Assembly: GCF_009914755.1 (NCBI RefSeq)
Contig: NC_060931.1
Reading direction: 5' to 3' (one strand)
DNA: 64,000 nucleotides
Source of the DNA: the human T2T-CHM13v2.0 reference genome, Homo sapiens
The notes under the pieces were generated by a model, which saw only the letters and a program-made list of their open reading frames with translations, ran no database searches and was not told the origin of the DNA. Shown piece after piece: positions 26,466 to 39,780 of the stretch (positions are counted from its first letter, which is position 1; every line of letters begins with the position of its first letter). Position numbers and translations under genes: made by a program.

Positions 26466-27884
26466 TTTTTTAAAAACTGAAACAAGCTACTGTGCTAGGA
26501 ACTGTGCATACATCACCTCTGATCTTTTAGTACAGCAGCTCAAATGTGCAGCCGTTTTTGGTACATCATTAATAATCATGGCAATTTTACTCCCAGAGGA
26601 GTCTGCTGCACACGTGGTATGTGTTGAAGCAGAAAACAGTTTGAGAGAGAGAGCTGCTCCAGTGGGTAGATCTAGGACCAAAAGATTAAAAATAGTGGAA
26701 GATAAGCTCTAATTTGATATAAAGAAGAGCCTTCTAACCATTAAAAAAACTTTTTTTTTTTTTTGGATGTAGAGAGAAAAAAAAATTGAGCCAGATGACT
26801 GAAAATCAAATATATTAATTTTCATGATAATTAGGTATTAGGTCTTTACAATATAGAGACTTTTCCTCCAATGATTTCTACTTCCAAAAAGTTGTCCTTG
26901 AAGCTGCAGAGGTACTAAAATGTTGGGAGGAATGGAGTCGGCCAATGATCTTCAAGGCCTCTGGGCTGGACCTGTGCTTCATGCAGTGGACAGCAGGCCA
27001 GTTCAGATCTGCCTTCAAGTGATTCCTCACTTTAACACTTACATCTTGATTCTCATCTCTGCCTTGTCTACAGTCTTAATAGGAAACTTAACAAATGGGA
27101 AAGAGTCCAAATAAAGTTAATGTGATCAGAGGAAGGTTCAGTTTAGGACCTTCTCCAATTTGACTAGAGAGAATTCTGGAGGGAGCCATAGTGGGAAATC
27201 TTAGGTCTTCAGAAGGCAGCGTGGATGAGGCTGGAAGTGAGAAGGGGTCAAGGAAGAAATCTAGCAAGGCTGGGAAACACGACAAATTTCCTTTATAAAT
27301 TCGCCTGGGATCTAATTAGCAAAGAAACCTCAGGTCCCACATATAGCAAGGAATTTCCTAAATTAGAAGAGATCTTACGTCAACCTAATGCATATTTTAT
27401 AAATGAGCATATTCAGGCACCAAAAGTGTAAATATATTTCTCAAGTTTACTGGACAATTATATGGAACCCAAGTCATCTGGTATGTTTGTTTGTTCTTTT
27501 CACACTGTTTCTCTATGTAGGCTGTTGAATAGTTTCTGATTGTGCAGTAGATATTTGAATTACCTTATCTGCCATGGCCAAATTTCATCAAAATATCCAA
27601 AGCAGTAATACTATTTTTTAGAGTCTTCGACATAAACATTTTAGATGTTTGACCTACCCTTTTTGAAATCCATAATCCTCATGACTCTCAGATCCTGAAT
27701 ATATTGAAGAAAAGGAAACATTTCTTTATATAAAAATAGCAAAAAATGAATGGAAATACTAATGACCATATATGGCAACTGTCAATCATAAAATAATGTG
27801 AAGTAGTAATTATCTGTTATAGGTTTATCACTGTCATGGCCCATGACTATCTTCTGAGGTCATCAGTGAAATAGTTTTTGAAAT

Positions 27885-28080
27885 TAATGGAGCATCCCCA
27901 AGTGTGCAGAACATTTTGTTTGATCATTTGATTGTTTCGTCTCACTTAATTTCCATGTCAAACTATGAGGTAGATGTTGGTTCCAAAGGAGGCAACCAGG
28001 GCTCCCAGAGTATAAGTGACCAACTCATTGTCACACAGACAGCCTGGTGCAAGGATTCCAAGCGTATCTGATGCTAGTGA
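27885..28080 (-). mobile_element. MIR SINE
   Basis: 'tctcacttaatttcc...ctatgaggtagatg...aagtgacc...gtcacacag'. Confidence 0.65.
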
Positions 28081-29071
28081 CGAGTCACACTTCTGTAGTA
28101 ATTTGAACTCCTCACTTGTGAATTGTGGGAGGATCCTGCCATCCCGAGTACCTGCCTATGAAACTGCTGTGGGTCTGAGTGGGCCTGGGAAGTGTTTTAC
28201 TTGTTTGCTCCCAACTTCAGATTGGGAGTCAGCTCAATTCAGAAAGAGCTTTGAGGATCCTTGCATTCAGTCCTGTTTGTCAACATCCTGTTCTTTTTCT
28301 ATGCAGAAAAACAGGAGGTGCTGGGGACCAAGTGTTTGGCTTTAAATGCTCAAAGGGAGAGTCATGTCAAAGGAATATGAAAACAGGTGAGAATTCCAGA
28401 ATTCAGAGACGAGCTGACCCCTCCAGCAGGAAGGCATCTTCAATTGTCTCTCCTTTGTTCTTCCCACTCATCACCCTGATTCTCTGGCTCTGCTCTTTTC
28501 CTACTGATCTCCTGTTGGCCCTTCCCTGTCTTCTTGGTCTCTCTCCGTCTCCCACCTTCTTCCTCATTTTCTCTGAATTACCTTTCCTTTCAGGTGCATT
28601 ATGGCCATTGCATCCTACTGAGGCAGGCACTTTTTGAGGAGGGTTGGCAATTCATGCTGGATCCTGCCTCTGCTCAGTTTCTGTAGCATTCCAGCTTCCT
28701 GCTTCAAGCTCATCTCTGCATGTTAAGTATGGCTTGAACTTTTCCCCTCTTTCAAAATTGTTGTTTCTTCCAAATGCTCATAAGCACTTCTAACCACTTA
28801 CAGTATGTTTTGATTTGCCAGCTGTTTCTTCCTGGCACTCATAGAAGGTTCCAGCCATCTGCTTGCCAAGTAGAAAAAGGGAACGTAAAAATATGCTTTT
28901 CCTCCAGCAACACACATACTTTAACCTCTATTTCTAACCTTGCCCTCCAATCCAGCCACTATGAGATGCAGAGCATATCTTTATATATCCTTCTCAAAAT
29001 GGCAAAACATAACAGTACTTGGTTCCCACATAAAGGAAATAAATTACAAAGAAACCATGCTCTGTAGCCAT

Positions 29072-29072
<1 letters not shown>

Positions 29073-29118
<46 letters not shown>
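29073..29118. repeat. (GT)23 microsatellite
   Basis: Perfect dinucleotide run. Confidence 0.98.
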
Positions 29119-29121
<3 letters not shown>

Positions 29122-29339
29122 GCCAGGAAGGAACTGAGCAGTTGTTAAGCTGCACAGTAAGAACTGGGAGGGAGAGCAATAGTCTTTACTTTGAGATTTG
29201 ACATTATTCTCTCAGTCTTTGGGATCTGGTTTGGAATACGGGGAAGAGCTAGAGGAGATGAGCTTTGGATTTGTAAGCTCTTTTGAGGCCTCCAAAGGCT
29301 ATAAAGATAGAAGCGTGCACCTTGGAGGTCTAGACTTGC

Positions 29340-29480
29340 ATAGGAAATTCTTCTGTTGCTTAACCTTTTTAAATTATCAATTACTTCATCTATAAAATAG
29401 AGATGACAATGTTTATGTCCAATGCTTGCTAAATGAATTCAGGGAGAAAATATTTTTGTAGTATTTGGCTGATGATATGA
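29340..29480 (+). mobile_element. MIR fragment
   Basis: 'ttgcttaaccttttt...cttcatctataaaatagagatgacaat'. Confidence 0.6.
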
Positions 29481-30189
29481 AAGATTTTGTACAGTGTGAG
29501 CTCCAGAAAGGCAATTATCTTAACTAAGAAAAAATGTTCAGAGAAGATTTTAATGTCATGAAATATTCAATTGTACTTAACACAGGTATCTATGCATAGT
29601 CTTCAGTTTTTATGGAATGCAGAATCTCTTTGAGGAGCATCAGACCATCTCTTCAACTGTTACTCAGAGATGGACCTATCTAATGGGTATTCAGGCCTTC
29701 AGCACAGTGGATGGCTCAACCGCAAAATACACCCTGCAGATGACAGTAAATTCCTGTCCTTGTTTGGGTTGGCACTGTCCTTAGACCTGGGCCCTGTGCT
29801 GCAGAAGGCAAAGAGCCACCTTTCCATGGCTGTACCCTTGCCCAAGGGGGATGCAGCAGCAATGCCAAGGAGACATGCTGTCCCCACCATTCTAGGTCAC
29901 ACTATGGGAATCCAAGACACTGAAGTTTCCTCTTCCGGGGCTGTGCAATGTGGTGGGTGTGAACACTCTTATCCAGAGAGCTGAGAGCTGTGGATGGAAC
30001 TTGGCAATGAGGGCCACTGTGTCCAAAATGTAAATGCATCCCCCTTGTCAGGAACAGGAGAAAGCAAGGTGAAAAAGTATGGCATGGGTTGGGTGTGCCC
30101 ACTTGGTCTTTCTTCGAAACTCACAGATATTGAGGAGGAAGTCATGGGCCAGGCCACTGTCATCCTCAAATGCACCATTTTCCTAACTA

Positions 30190-30740
30190 AAACTGGTTTT
30201 CCTGGTTTCCTTCAGTCCATTCTCTGCATAGAAGCCAGAGTGATCTTTTAAAAGTAAAATCAGATCAAGTTGCTATCAGCCTAAAATCCATCAGAGTCCT
30301 TTGTAATGAGAAGGAAATCCACACGCCTCACCACACCTGCAGGGCCCTGCCCACCCATCTCTCCTCATCCTGTGACTTTCTCCCTGTGCCTTGGACTCTG
30401 CCTCCCTGCCCTTCTCTTGTCCTTCGTTGCACAAATCTCATTTCTCTCTCAGTCTTTGCACCTGCAGTTCCTCTGCTCTTGCCCCGTATCTTCACGTGGC
30501 ATTTGATTCCAATCTTTTAGGTCTGCTCCTTAGATAGAACTTCCACCCTCCTTCCAAATCTTCATTAGTCCTTCTTCTTACCATAATTAATGTTTGGGAA
30601 AAACATTTTAAAATTATATCGTCTACTGTTACATTTACATACATATGTCTACCTCCCTCCATTAGAGTGCAGCAGGGAACTTGGATGCTTTGTGAACATT
30701 TTGTCCTCATCTATGGCAGTCTCTGGCTCTCCATGGGCAT
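30190..30740 (+). mobile_element. L2a LINE relic
   Basis: 'cagtccattctc...gccagagtgatcttttaaaa...atcagatc' and 'ctttgcacctgcagttcctctgc'. Confidence 0.75.
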
Positions 30741-30814
30741 TATTGCATGACTGACTTGAAGGCTCTGAAGGACACTTGACATAAGAGGGATGTTACTGGG
30801 ATTTCAAGAGAACC

Positions 30815-31117
<303 letters not shown>

Positions 31118-31659
31118 AATTGCCACATATGCAGAATGACTCCAGTGCAGCACACCTGGAAGTGGGCGGGATTGAGGGTCTGTATTCCACTTGAGGGCAT
31201 TCCTGCCCCCGAACCCCAATTTGGAACCACTGATGCAGCATCCTGGGGGAGAAGCTGTGATGTAAAGATAAGATGGGCTGTGAGGAGAAATGAAGCAGAA
31301 AGAGCTGGGGATGCGGGCATTGCCCTCTTTTATGTGACCCAAAGCTTCTCCTCAGCTTGTATAGCTTAGGGGAGAAGTTTTGGGGAGAAGTAAAGTTTAG
31401 GTTCTAGGGGATCTTCTTGTAGCCTATGTAATTATTCTGGAAATATTTAGTTATATCCGGAAATGAGATTCTGGGGAAAATTTGCAGTCAATGGTAGTGA
31501 GAGGTGAAGGGTGAGATTCAAGTACTTGTGTATATGGGTCACATTTATAATTCCAATGCAAATGAAGCCTGGTATATACTGACCACCTCTGTAAATAGCT
31601 GTGCCTGGGTAAGACTTTCCATGGTCTGCTTTGGAGGAGACTAATTAGTGATCACTTAC

Positions 31660-32215
31660 AGTTAATGGACTCAGTCAATCCAGCCCTCATATGACTCTTA
31701 CTACATGGAGGAGTCAGGGTCAGGACCCATAGGCTCAGGGTCCCTAATAAATACAGACTGTTTCATTTCTCTATGTTAGAAATTTTTCAATGTCTTCTCA
31801 GCCAATTAGGTATTCCCTAAAGGCCAGACATAATTTTAGGCTTCTTCAGGACTCACCAGGAGAGGACTGTCCAAACCCCGAAATGAATATGGCCAGTTTA
31901 TGCACTAAGAGTCCTCACCCTTGAGGACTAGTGCCCCATTCATAGTGGTGGTCTCTGTGGCTGCTAAGTGAATAGCTTAGGTCTTCACAGGATTCATGCA
32001 CACAGATTCAGAGTCTACTTTGTCTCTGAGTGGTGGCTGTTAGAGTGTGTACACTCCAGTTCTATTATCGGAGCCACTTTTCCCTTCCTTTTGGGGTGGG
32101 CAAGCCAATACTGTCTTCCACAGATTTCAGAGGATAAACACTGTCACCTTATCTTCTGTTGCAGAGGATCATATGGAATAATATAATTGAGGCATGAGTG
32201 CTAAAAGTGGGTAGA
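31660..32215 (-). mobile_element. Possible ERVL/MaLR internal relic
   Basis: Weak resemblance to old ERVL or MLT internal sequence; not firmly recognised. Confidence 0.3.
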
Positions 32216-32219
32216 CACT

Positions 32220-32609
32220 TCTCTAGTGTGTCAGTTGTGTCCCCCAAAGTTCATGTGTTGGAAACTTAATCCCCAAAGCAACATTGTTGAGAGGTGGGAT
32301 CTTTAAGAGATGATTAGATCATGAGGGTTCTGCCCTTGTGAAAGGATTCATGTTGTTATAGCAGAAGTGGGTACCCGTTCTTGAGAGAGTGGGTTTGTTA
32401 TGAAAGTGAGTTCAGCTCTACTGCTCTCTTGCTGTCTCTTGCCCATTCACCTTCTGCCATGGGATAACGCAGAAAGAAGGCCTTGCCAGATACTGGCACC
32501 TTGCTATTGGACTTCCTGGCCTCCAGAACCATAAAAAGTAAATTTATTTTATTCATAAATTATGCAGTTTGTGGTATTCTGTTACAGCAGTACAAAACAA
32601 ATGAATACA
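32220..32609 (+). mobile_element. MaLR solo LTR, MSTC-like
   Basis: 'tgtgtcccccaaagttcatgtgttggaaacttaatcccc...ttggacttcctggcctccagaac...gtggtattctgttacagcag'. Confidence 0.88.
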
Positions 32610-33224
32610 GAACACTTGGTTCAGAGATATATGATATCAACTCAACCACTTAAGAAAAGCTGTGTGAACCTTAGAGAAGACCTGTATCTCTGTTCAGGGA
32701 TCAGTGAGAAGGCCCACTTGACTGCTGAGCCTGGGAAATAGTGGGATTCAGCAAACAATAGTTTCCTCTTCTAGTCCTTATCTAGTTGGAACCCTAAGGA
32801 GAAAACTGAATTCATGCATGTAAAAATAAAAATATGAAAGAAGTTTCCACCCAGATCTTCTCTCTATATGTAACCAAGTCTTTTATTTATTTCATTGCAC
32901 AGAAGTACTTTTATTTCAGCTTAACTTGAACTACAAGAGTTGGAGTAATTGCTTTGTCATCAGTAATTCATTTTCATTCTTATGTGCTTAAAGTTACAGC
33001 TAAAGTAGAACAGTTACACACACTGAAGCCATGCTTTATAAGATTAAATTCACATATCCTAAAATTCACCAGGCGAAATCATGCACATTTAATTCCTGCA
33101 GCACTTGAATGCTATTTAAGGGGAAAAGAGGAAAATAAATTAGAGAGCCTTACCTTTGATTTCAAAGACATCTGAAAGCTCTGAGCATGGTGCTTCCTTG
33201 AAGCCAGCAGATGACAGAAATTAC

Positions 33225-33345
33225 CTGGAAAGGATAATGGCATGGAGAAGGTAGGTCTCAGCCTCAAACTCCGAGGAAGCACTTGAAGTGGAATCCATCT
33301 TCTTCAAAAGATAGTCCAGGACTGATAATAGGGCTTTATTTCCAG
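33225..33345 (-). other. Candidate minus-strand exon (121 bp)
   Basis: Acceptor cagtcttttcag| and donor CAG|gtaatt on the minus strand; alternative donor AAG|gtaagg at 33154; one of three frames is open. Confidence 0.25.
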
Positions 33346-34216
33346 CTGAAAAGACTGATTGTTTAATTTAACCATTTGAGATAATTATTCTCCATCACTC
33401 TTGACTCATTTTGCTCTTATCAAGCCAAATCTCTGTAATCTTTGCAGAAATTTTATACTGATAATAAGTTCTATAATGACACACTTTATGCTTGTGGCAT
33501 TAGTAATCTGACAGCAACAGACAAAACTGAATTAACACCTGTAATGAATCAGTTTACTGTGGGTGATTAATGAGGGGATTGAAACTCAAATATTCAAAAC
33601 ATGACGTTTGAAATCACATCATTTGATTCCTATAGAACAGTCAGCTGTTATAAAATAGTATGTTTCTTATTAGGATAATCAGTTAATTATCTAAGTGAGC
33701 TTAAGGCCCATGTGTTCTACTGATACATGATTATGATGTGTATTCTGAATGTGGGAGTTTCCACTCTTATTGGAACTCAACATGGATGCATCTAGGAAGT
33801 TTAAGGCTGTAGGGGCCTGGGCCTCCAGTAGTATGGGGATGAGTTGCACTATGCAAAGACTCTTCAGGGCAGCTGTCTCCTGTTTTAGGATTTTTATCTT
33901 GAAACGTCCTGTCTCAATTGCAGCCAGGTAGGCTGTGGATAAGGGTTTGGGGATATGGTTTGTCCTGTTTGGGAGGAGTATTCCCTGACATTGTTTTGAA
34001 TGACTGGTGCATGGTGACCACTAGATAGTTCTTGTTGCTGAGTTCTCTACTGTCAGTGCAGCCCTACTGACTGGATCAGAATGAGCCCTCCCCGCCACCA
34101 CCCAGCTCACCTGGGGAGGCCACCACTGTGCTCAAATCCCAATCTGCAACACGACTCCCAGGGTTTGGGATGAGGGTGATCACAGGAACCTTTTCCCTCA
34201 TTTAAAATTATGATTG

Positions 34217-34540
<324 letters not shown>

Positions 34541-36300
34541 TTATAATTGGATTTTCCAGCCTGAACAAGCTTTTCAGTTTCCTTGTCCTATATTTGAAAC
34601 AACCAATGATAGATTTAAGCAGAGCAGTTAGCTTATTTATCTGGTGAGTGTATTTTCCAGATATCACTTTCCTGCCTGCAAGCTTAAATGCAAATACAAT
34701 GTGTTCTTCTAACCATTAAAAAAAAAATTGTGAGCAGAGCTGTATTCATCAGGCAATATGACCATTTTTGTTTTAAAATTTTGTTAAGGTGTACTGACAC
34801 TCATCTGGGCAATATGAAATCATTTGTAGAAGATGAATTTAAGTGAGATAATGCATTTTGTAAAGCACTCAGTAAACTTTAAAATGTTACATAATATGAA
34901 GTGCTATGATTATAAAGTGAGCATCCAAGCACCTTATTTTACCCATTACTATAGCAAAGTTTGATGATTTAAAGGGAATTGGTTCCCAAAATTCTGTAAG
35001 TCAGGAAATCCTGTGGGTGTTTAGAAATGAATAGAGAGAGGGAGAAGTTGCTGAACTCGTGTGATTATATTTTCTTTTGCTCTCTCTCTCTTTCTCTGTT
35101 TTTTCATTTTTATAAAAATATTACTCTGAATATATTAGTTCATGCATTTATCTAATTTCCTGGTAGACATCATGCTTTAAGTGCCTATTATGTGTTTTGT
35201 ACTGTCTCAGGGGTTAGGCTGAGATTTGATTGGATAACCTTTGGGGACATTTTGTTTTAGGAAACTGAGCGTCACTGCCTTCCCTGTTGTTTAAGATTTC
35301 TGCACTCATAAAGAGTCTCCTCTTGCTATCACCTTTCTGTCCATAACCCCCAGCTCTTTTGAACTCACTGCTTCAACACCCATTACTACAATCTGCAAAA
35401 TCAGTGCATGGCAGTACAAGATTATTCTCTAAGTATGTTAATTCTTACTTAAGGTGTAAAGGAAATTAATTTACAATTTTCATATTAATTGCTGAGAGTA
35501 ATGTGGGGGTTATCCTTGAACACCCAAAATAACATCTTTCATTTCAGACAGTTTGTTGACATAAAAATAAAAATAATATTTTGATGTTATTCTTGTTCAC
35601 AAAATCAAAGGGGGAGTAATGTATATTTAACCAAGGGGAAAAAAAAAACTACAGAAAACAGAGATTGTGCCCCAAACAAAATTACATCAGAAAATAAAAT
35701 CAAAATCGAAGGTAATGCAGAAAACAGAAAGTTCCATCAATCAAATTGTGGAAGAAGGAGTCTGGCTGAAAGTCCTGTACCGTGGAACTGATGAGCCCGA
35801 CTACACGATGTCTTGGAAGAGCAACAGAAAATGATAAGGAAGTGAGATGAGAATGCTCAGTGTCATAATGTCAACTAAACACAATTGAAAAAGTGGACAA
35901 AAGACAAAAGTAGGCAGAAGAAGTGAAAACTATAGATTCCTTGTGTTTTGAAACAGAAGATAAAAGATCCTATGTTGAAATAATTATGAACAAAGATAAT
36001 ATTTTGCAAACTTGTTAAAAGTTTATAATGATACACATTAAACAACGGTTTTACCTTCTACTTCCTTACACTTAATAAAAAATTAAACAGATTCCAATCC
36101 TTCAACCAAAAGCAAAATAGGCAGTATTAAAAAAAATCATAGAAACATGAGCCCAGTGGAAAAGACAGAAGTTGGGTTTATTATAAGAGATATATTACGT
36201 GGACAACCTTTTCAAAATGGCTTCATCTCATTGAACGCGAACCCATTTCTTCAGCTCTGGGATGCAAACCTTTCTCCCATAAGCTGGAAACCAGGCTGCA

Positions 36301-36500
36301 AGGTGTGACAGGTCCAATTACCTTGATAGTCATTATCTGCGATGATAGCCTTCTATATAAGGACGGGCAGCAGTGCATGCCTGGGATGGAAAAATAGAGC
36401 CAGCTAAGGCTAGGCGGTCTTACTGGTGCTGACAAATTGATTGATGATACTGCAAAGCATCAAATTGTAATAGGCCCAGTCACGTTGTTTTCATTGTTAT
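36301..36500. promoter_or_regulatory. Putative developmental enhancer motif cluster
   Basis: T-box AGGTGTGA, MEIS TGACAG, GATA, CArG-like/TATA, PBX-HOX TGATTGAT and SOX CATTGTT motifs in unique DNA. Motif evidence only. Confidence 0.35.
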
Positions 36501-37789
36501 TGTTGGAAATCTGATTTTATTCAGATAGGATGGTACTGTTGCCTAGTTAGACATGAAGCACCGGCCTTTCTTCCAGGTGAAAGAGGCAGATGCGATGAAA
36601 GGCTACATGGAATAGCTTTGTTAGGGGAATTTCTTTTTATTGTTATTTTCCTCACAGACTACATAAGAGAGACTTGTACATAAATCAAAATAAGGTGATG
36701 GCTAACTTTATTTTATTTTAAAAGAAGGACGTGAATTAGAGTCAAAGAAAGGGGAGATGATGTATGAAGGGAGGAATCAGTAGTCAAGGTGGCTTAGAAA
36801 GAGGAAGAGATGAATGAATGAGGAGAGTGGAAAGGAAGGAAGAAAATTTCAGGAGAATTCTTACAATAATGGAATGAAAAAGGTAGCATAGGGGTTGTTC
36901 CACTAAAAACAGAAGGGAGGTAGAATATATATTTTTTTACCTTCTTACCTTCCTTCTATTCTCTGATTCTTTGAACTAAGACCTCAAGTAGTATTAGGTA
37001 GTTCTATTTTTGTGAATTTTTAACAAGACTGGAGTTTGATTATATGCCATTTTAGAAAGTGATGTTAAATATGTATGCCTACAATAATCATGTTCTTGAT
37101 AAAATTAAATTTAGCATGAAAAATTAAATATTTGACAATTCCAACTTTAATAGGCGAAGAAATAATGACTCTTTGTCAGAGAAATATACGTCATTGCCAT
37201 GTACACAATAGTAACTTTGACCTGTATCATTTTAGGGATATTAGGTATGCTAATGATCTCCTTTGTATACATATGACTGAAATTTTAAGTATTGTAAAGT
37301 TATATAATGCATTGTACAAAAATACAATGGCTGGAGGAGTTTCATTTCAGCATTAGCTTTGTAGAAGAGAGATTAAATGAAAATCCTCTTATTTTTTCTA
37401 TCTATGAAAGGTTAAACCCATTTACCAAAGTACATGTCCATTCGCTTAGAAAATAGCTGTAATAACAAAAGAAATGAAATTCCATTTGGTCATTAGCTAT
37501 GGGTAAACAATGCTTTCAATGTGATTTTAATCCTCTTCATGTGCCTGTGATGTCTTTAGATAAGGCTTAAAGATCATGACCTTTTCAGAGTGTTGCATCA
37601 CCCTCAATCTTTTCTATAGTCCACTGAGTGATCTATTGAAATTCATTTCCAGCAGTTTGGCTACTTCTTATTCATTAAAAAACTGACTTTTGAGCACCAA
37701 GACTGAGTATCTGGGGTTTAAAGAGTAACGACATTTATCTCTGAAAGTTGATGGCGTCTTTGAGATTTCAGAGTGTAAAGGCCAAATGC

Positions 37790-38127
37790 TGGACTTTCAG
37801 CTTCCAGGGACTGCTTTCACTTTCAGAGGCTGCCGGGAGGTCTCTGTGTGTGGCCTCCTCCTCTCACAGCCTGGCGGCTAGCTTTCTTCTAAAGCCAGTA
37901 GGACAGCAGCTTTCTGTCCTTTCACAGGTTTTGAAATGGCTCCCTAACAAAGTCAGGCCCAACCAGAAGAATCTCCTTTTGATGAATTCAAAGTTAGTAT
38001 CCCAACCACGGGAGTAAAATTGCATCATGTTCACCTGCTCTGCCCACATTCAAGGGGAGGCAATTATGCTGATGAACACCAGGGGGCGGGATCTCGGGGA
38101 TTCCAAGTTAGAGTCTCGCCCACCACT
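37790..38127 (-). mobile_element. MaLR LTR, MLT1F-like
   Basis: 'gtcaggcccaaccag..gaatctccttttgat.aa.tcaaagt' and 'gcccacattcaaggggagg...caccagggggcgggatct'. Confidence 0.8.
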
Positions 38128-38553
38128 GGCTGATTGTGCTGGTCTCTCTACAACTCTAAATTCCTTGGATACCGAGAAGAATTTAATAGTGCAAAAGATA
38201 AGGTAGTCTTACAGCTGGACAGGATAGCTCTATGCTTTCTTCTGGGATGCCTGGACATCTGATCTTGACGCTTGTCCAAAACAGAAATGAGGTGGGCTCA
38301 CTAGTGAACTATAATATGCTGTTTAAAGTTTGAAAGTTCCCTGGAGACACCCAAGCTTACATGTCTATATGTTTTTTAACAAATACTTCCATTCATGGGT
38401 GGTTTACTCCTGGGCGCACCAGGTTACCCAGACTGACCCTGCTGCAAAACCAGTGGAATGCAGATCTTATGGGACCTTTTGCCTGGAATTCCCTGAAACC
38501 ACAGTTCATCACATGTATCTTGATGGTTCCTAAGCTGAAGACGAAGCTCATCT

Positions 38554-38659
38554 GGAGTGACTAACCATCCTGGGTTACCGGACTCAAGAGATTCCTAGAA
38601 TATGGAACTTCAAGTGCTAAGACAGGGAACCCCCAGGAGGCAGAGGAGATGGTCACCCT
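38554..38659 (+). mobile_element. MER81-like hAT-Blackjack MITE
   Basis: Terminal inverted repeats ggagtgacta.../...tggtcaccct; internal 'acttcaagtgctaagacagg'. Confidence 0.7.
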
Positions 38660-39289
38660 GAGGTGCATTCTGTGGCACTGAGAAAGGACCCTGGGGTTCG
38701 GGGGTGCTTGTAGTGCTTTTAGATACACAATGCTTTCCTGAGGATTCTCCTCTAACCATGCTATATCCCGTATTGTAATTGAAGCTTTACGTGAGTTCGT
38801 CCTGTGAAGTCTTGGGAGCCCCTTCAATTATCCTATTCTACCTAATGGATGCAGCGTTGGGAGTTTTTTTAAAAAATGAATGCTCTCAGGAAGAGTAGGA
38901 AAGGTTGGGTAAGAATTGTGTGTGGTTAGAGGCTTGTTTCCACGCCCTGTGAAAGCGGCTGTTCTCCATCCTCACTCAAGAACACTGTCAATGCCAAGAG
39001 GCTTTGCCATCTGTGACCCAGGTGTGGAGTGTAAGGGCCATGGAGGTGACTCTATAGGTGATAATTACCAAAAACATTCAAATCTGAAAATTGTTCCTGT
39101 GTCATACTCTTATCCACAGAAATTTTTTCCACTAATTGAAATAAGGAAACTACTCAAGAAAAGAAATACACTATTCTGCCCTGGGTCTAGCATTTCAGCT
39201 TTGTACCACACTTACACTTTTACGACTATAATCACATGACATTGATATTACCATCACCTACTGTTTTTATATTATTTTATAGCTGATAG

Positions 39290-39780
39290 TGTACATTTTT
39301 ATCATTTGATTTTCACAATAACCATAAAAGGTAAATGAGGATGTTTTCAGTGTTGTGAAATGAGGGAATAATGGAGTTACAGAGACAATAATTGTGCCAC
39401 ATATGCAATGGGCGAGGATGGGAACCGAATCCAAAATTTTGACTTTTGTTTGGTGGCTTTTTAAGAAATCATGAAGTCTTATGTAGGAAAGTATAATTTT
39501 CATGGTATTACCATATTTCTTACTACATACTTTGAATTTATTATCCAAATGGATCTTGGCACAAATTCTGCAACTTTGGCTGAGAGGAAGAAAGATTCCC
39601 ATTTATTGCTTACCTACCATGTGTCATGCCCATTTTTTTGTAAACTGTGCAGAGCATCTTACTTCAATATCACCAATTGGAAATCAAGACAAAAGTCCTA
39701 TTCAAATTTTATAGATAACCTTACTGGGGTTAGAGAAGTTCAGTAACTTTTTCAGACTCTCACAGATTGTAAAGTTACTT
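39290..39780 (-). mobile_element. Two MIR fragments
   Basis: 'ggcgaggatgggaaccgaatcc' and 'ttttatagataac.ttactggggttagagaagttcagtaact'. Confidence 0.6.

Noticed and set aside
28016-28637. ORFs of 109 and 152 aa
   Set aside because: Non-ATG starts; partly MIR or pyrimidine-rich low-complexity sequence; no domain.
28940-29179. ORFs with CVCVCV/HTHTHT runs (also 62325-62519)
   Set aside because: Translations of (GT)n microsatellites.
35740-35835. CpG-containing stretch translating as EEGVWLKVLYRGTDEPDYTMSWK
   Set aside because: Short, lacks convincing splice sites and matches no protein I recognise.
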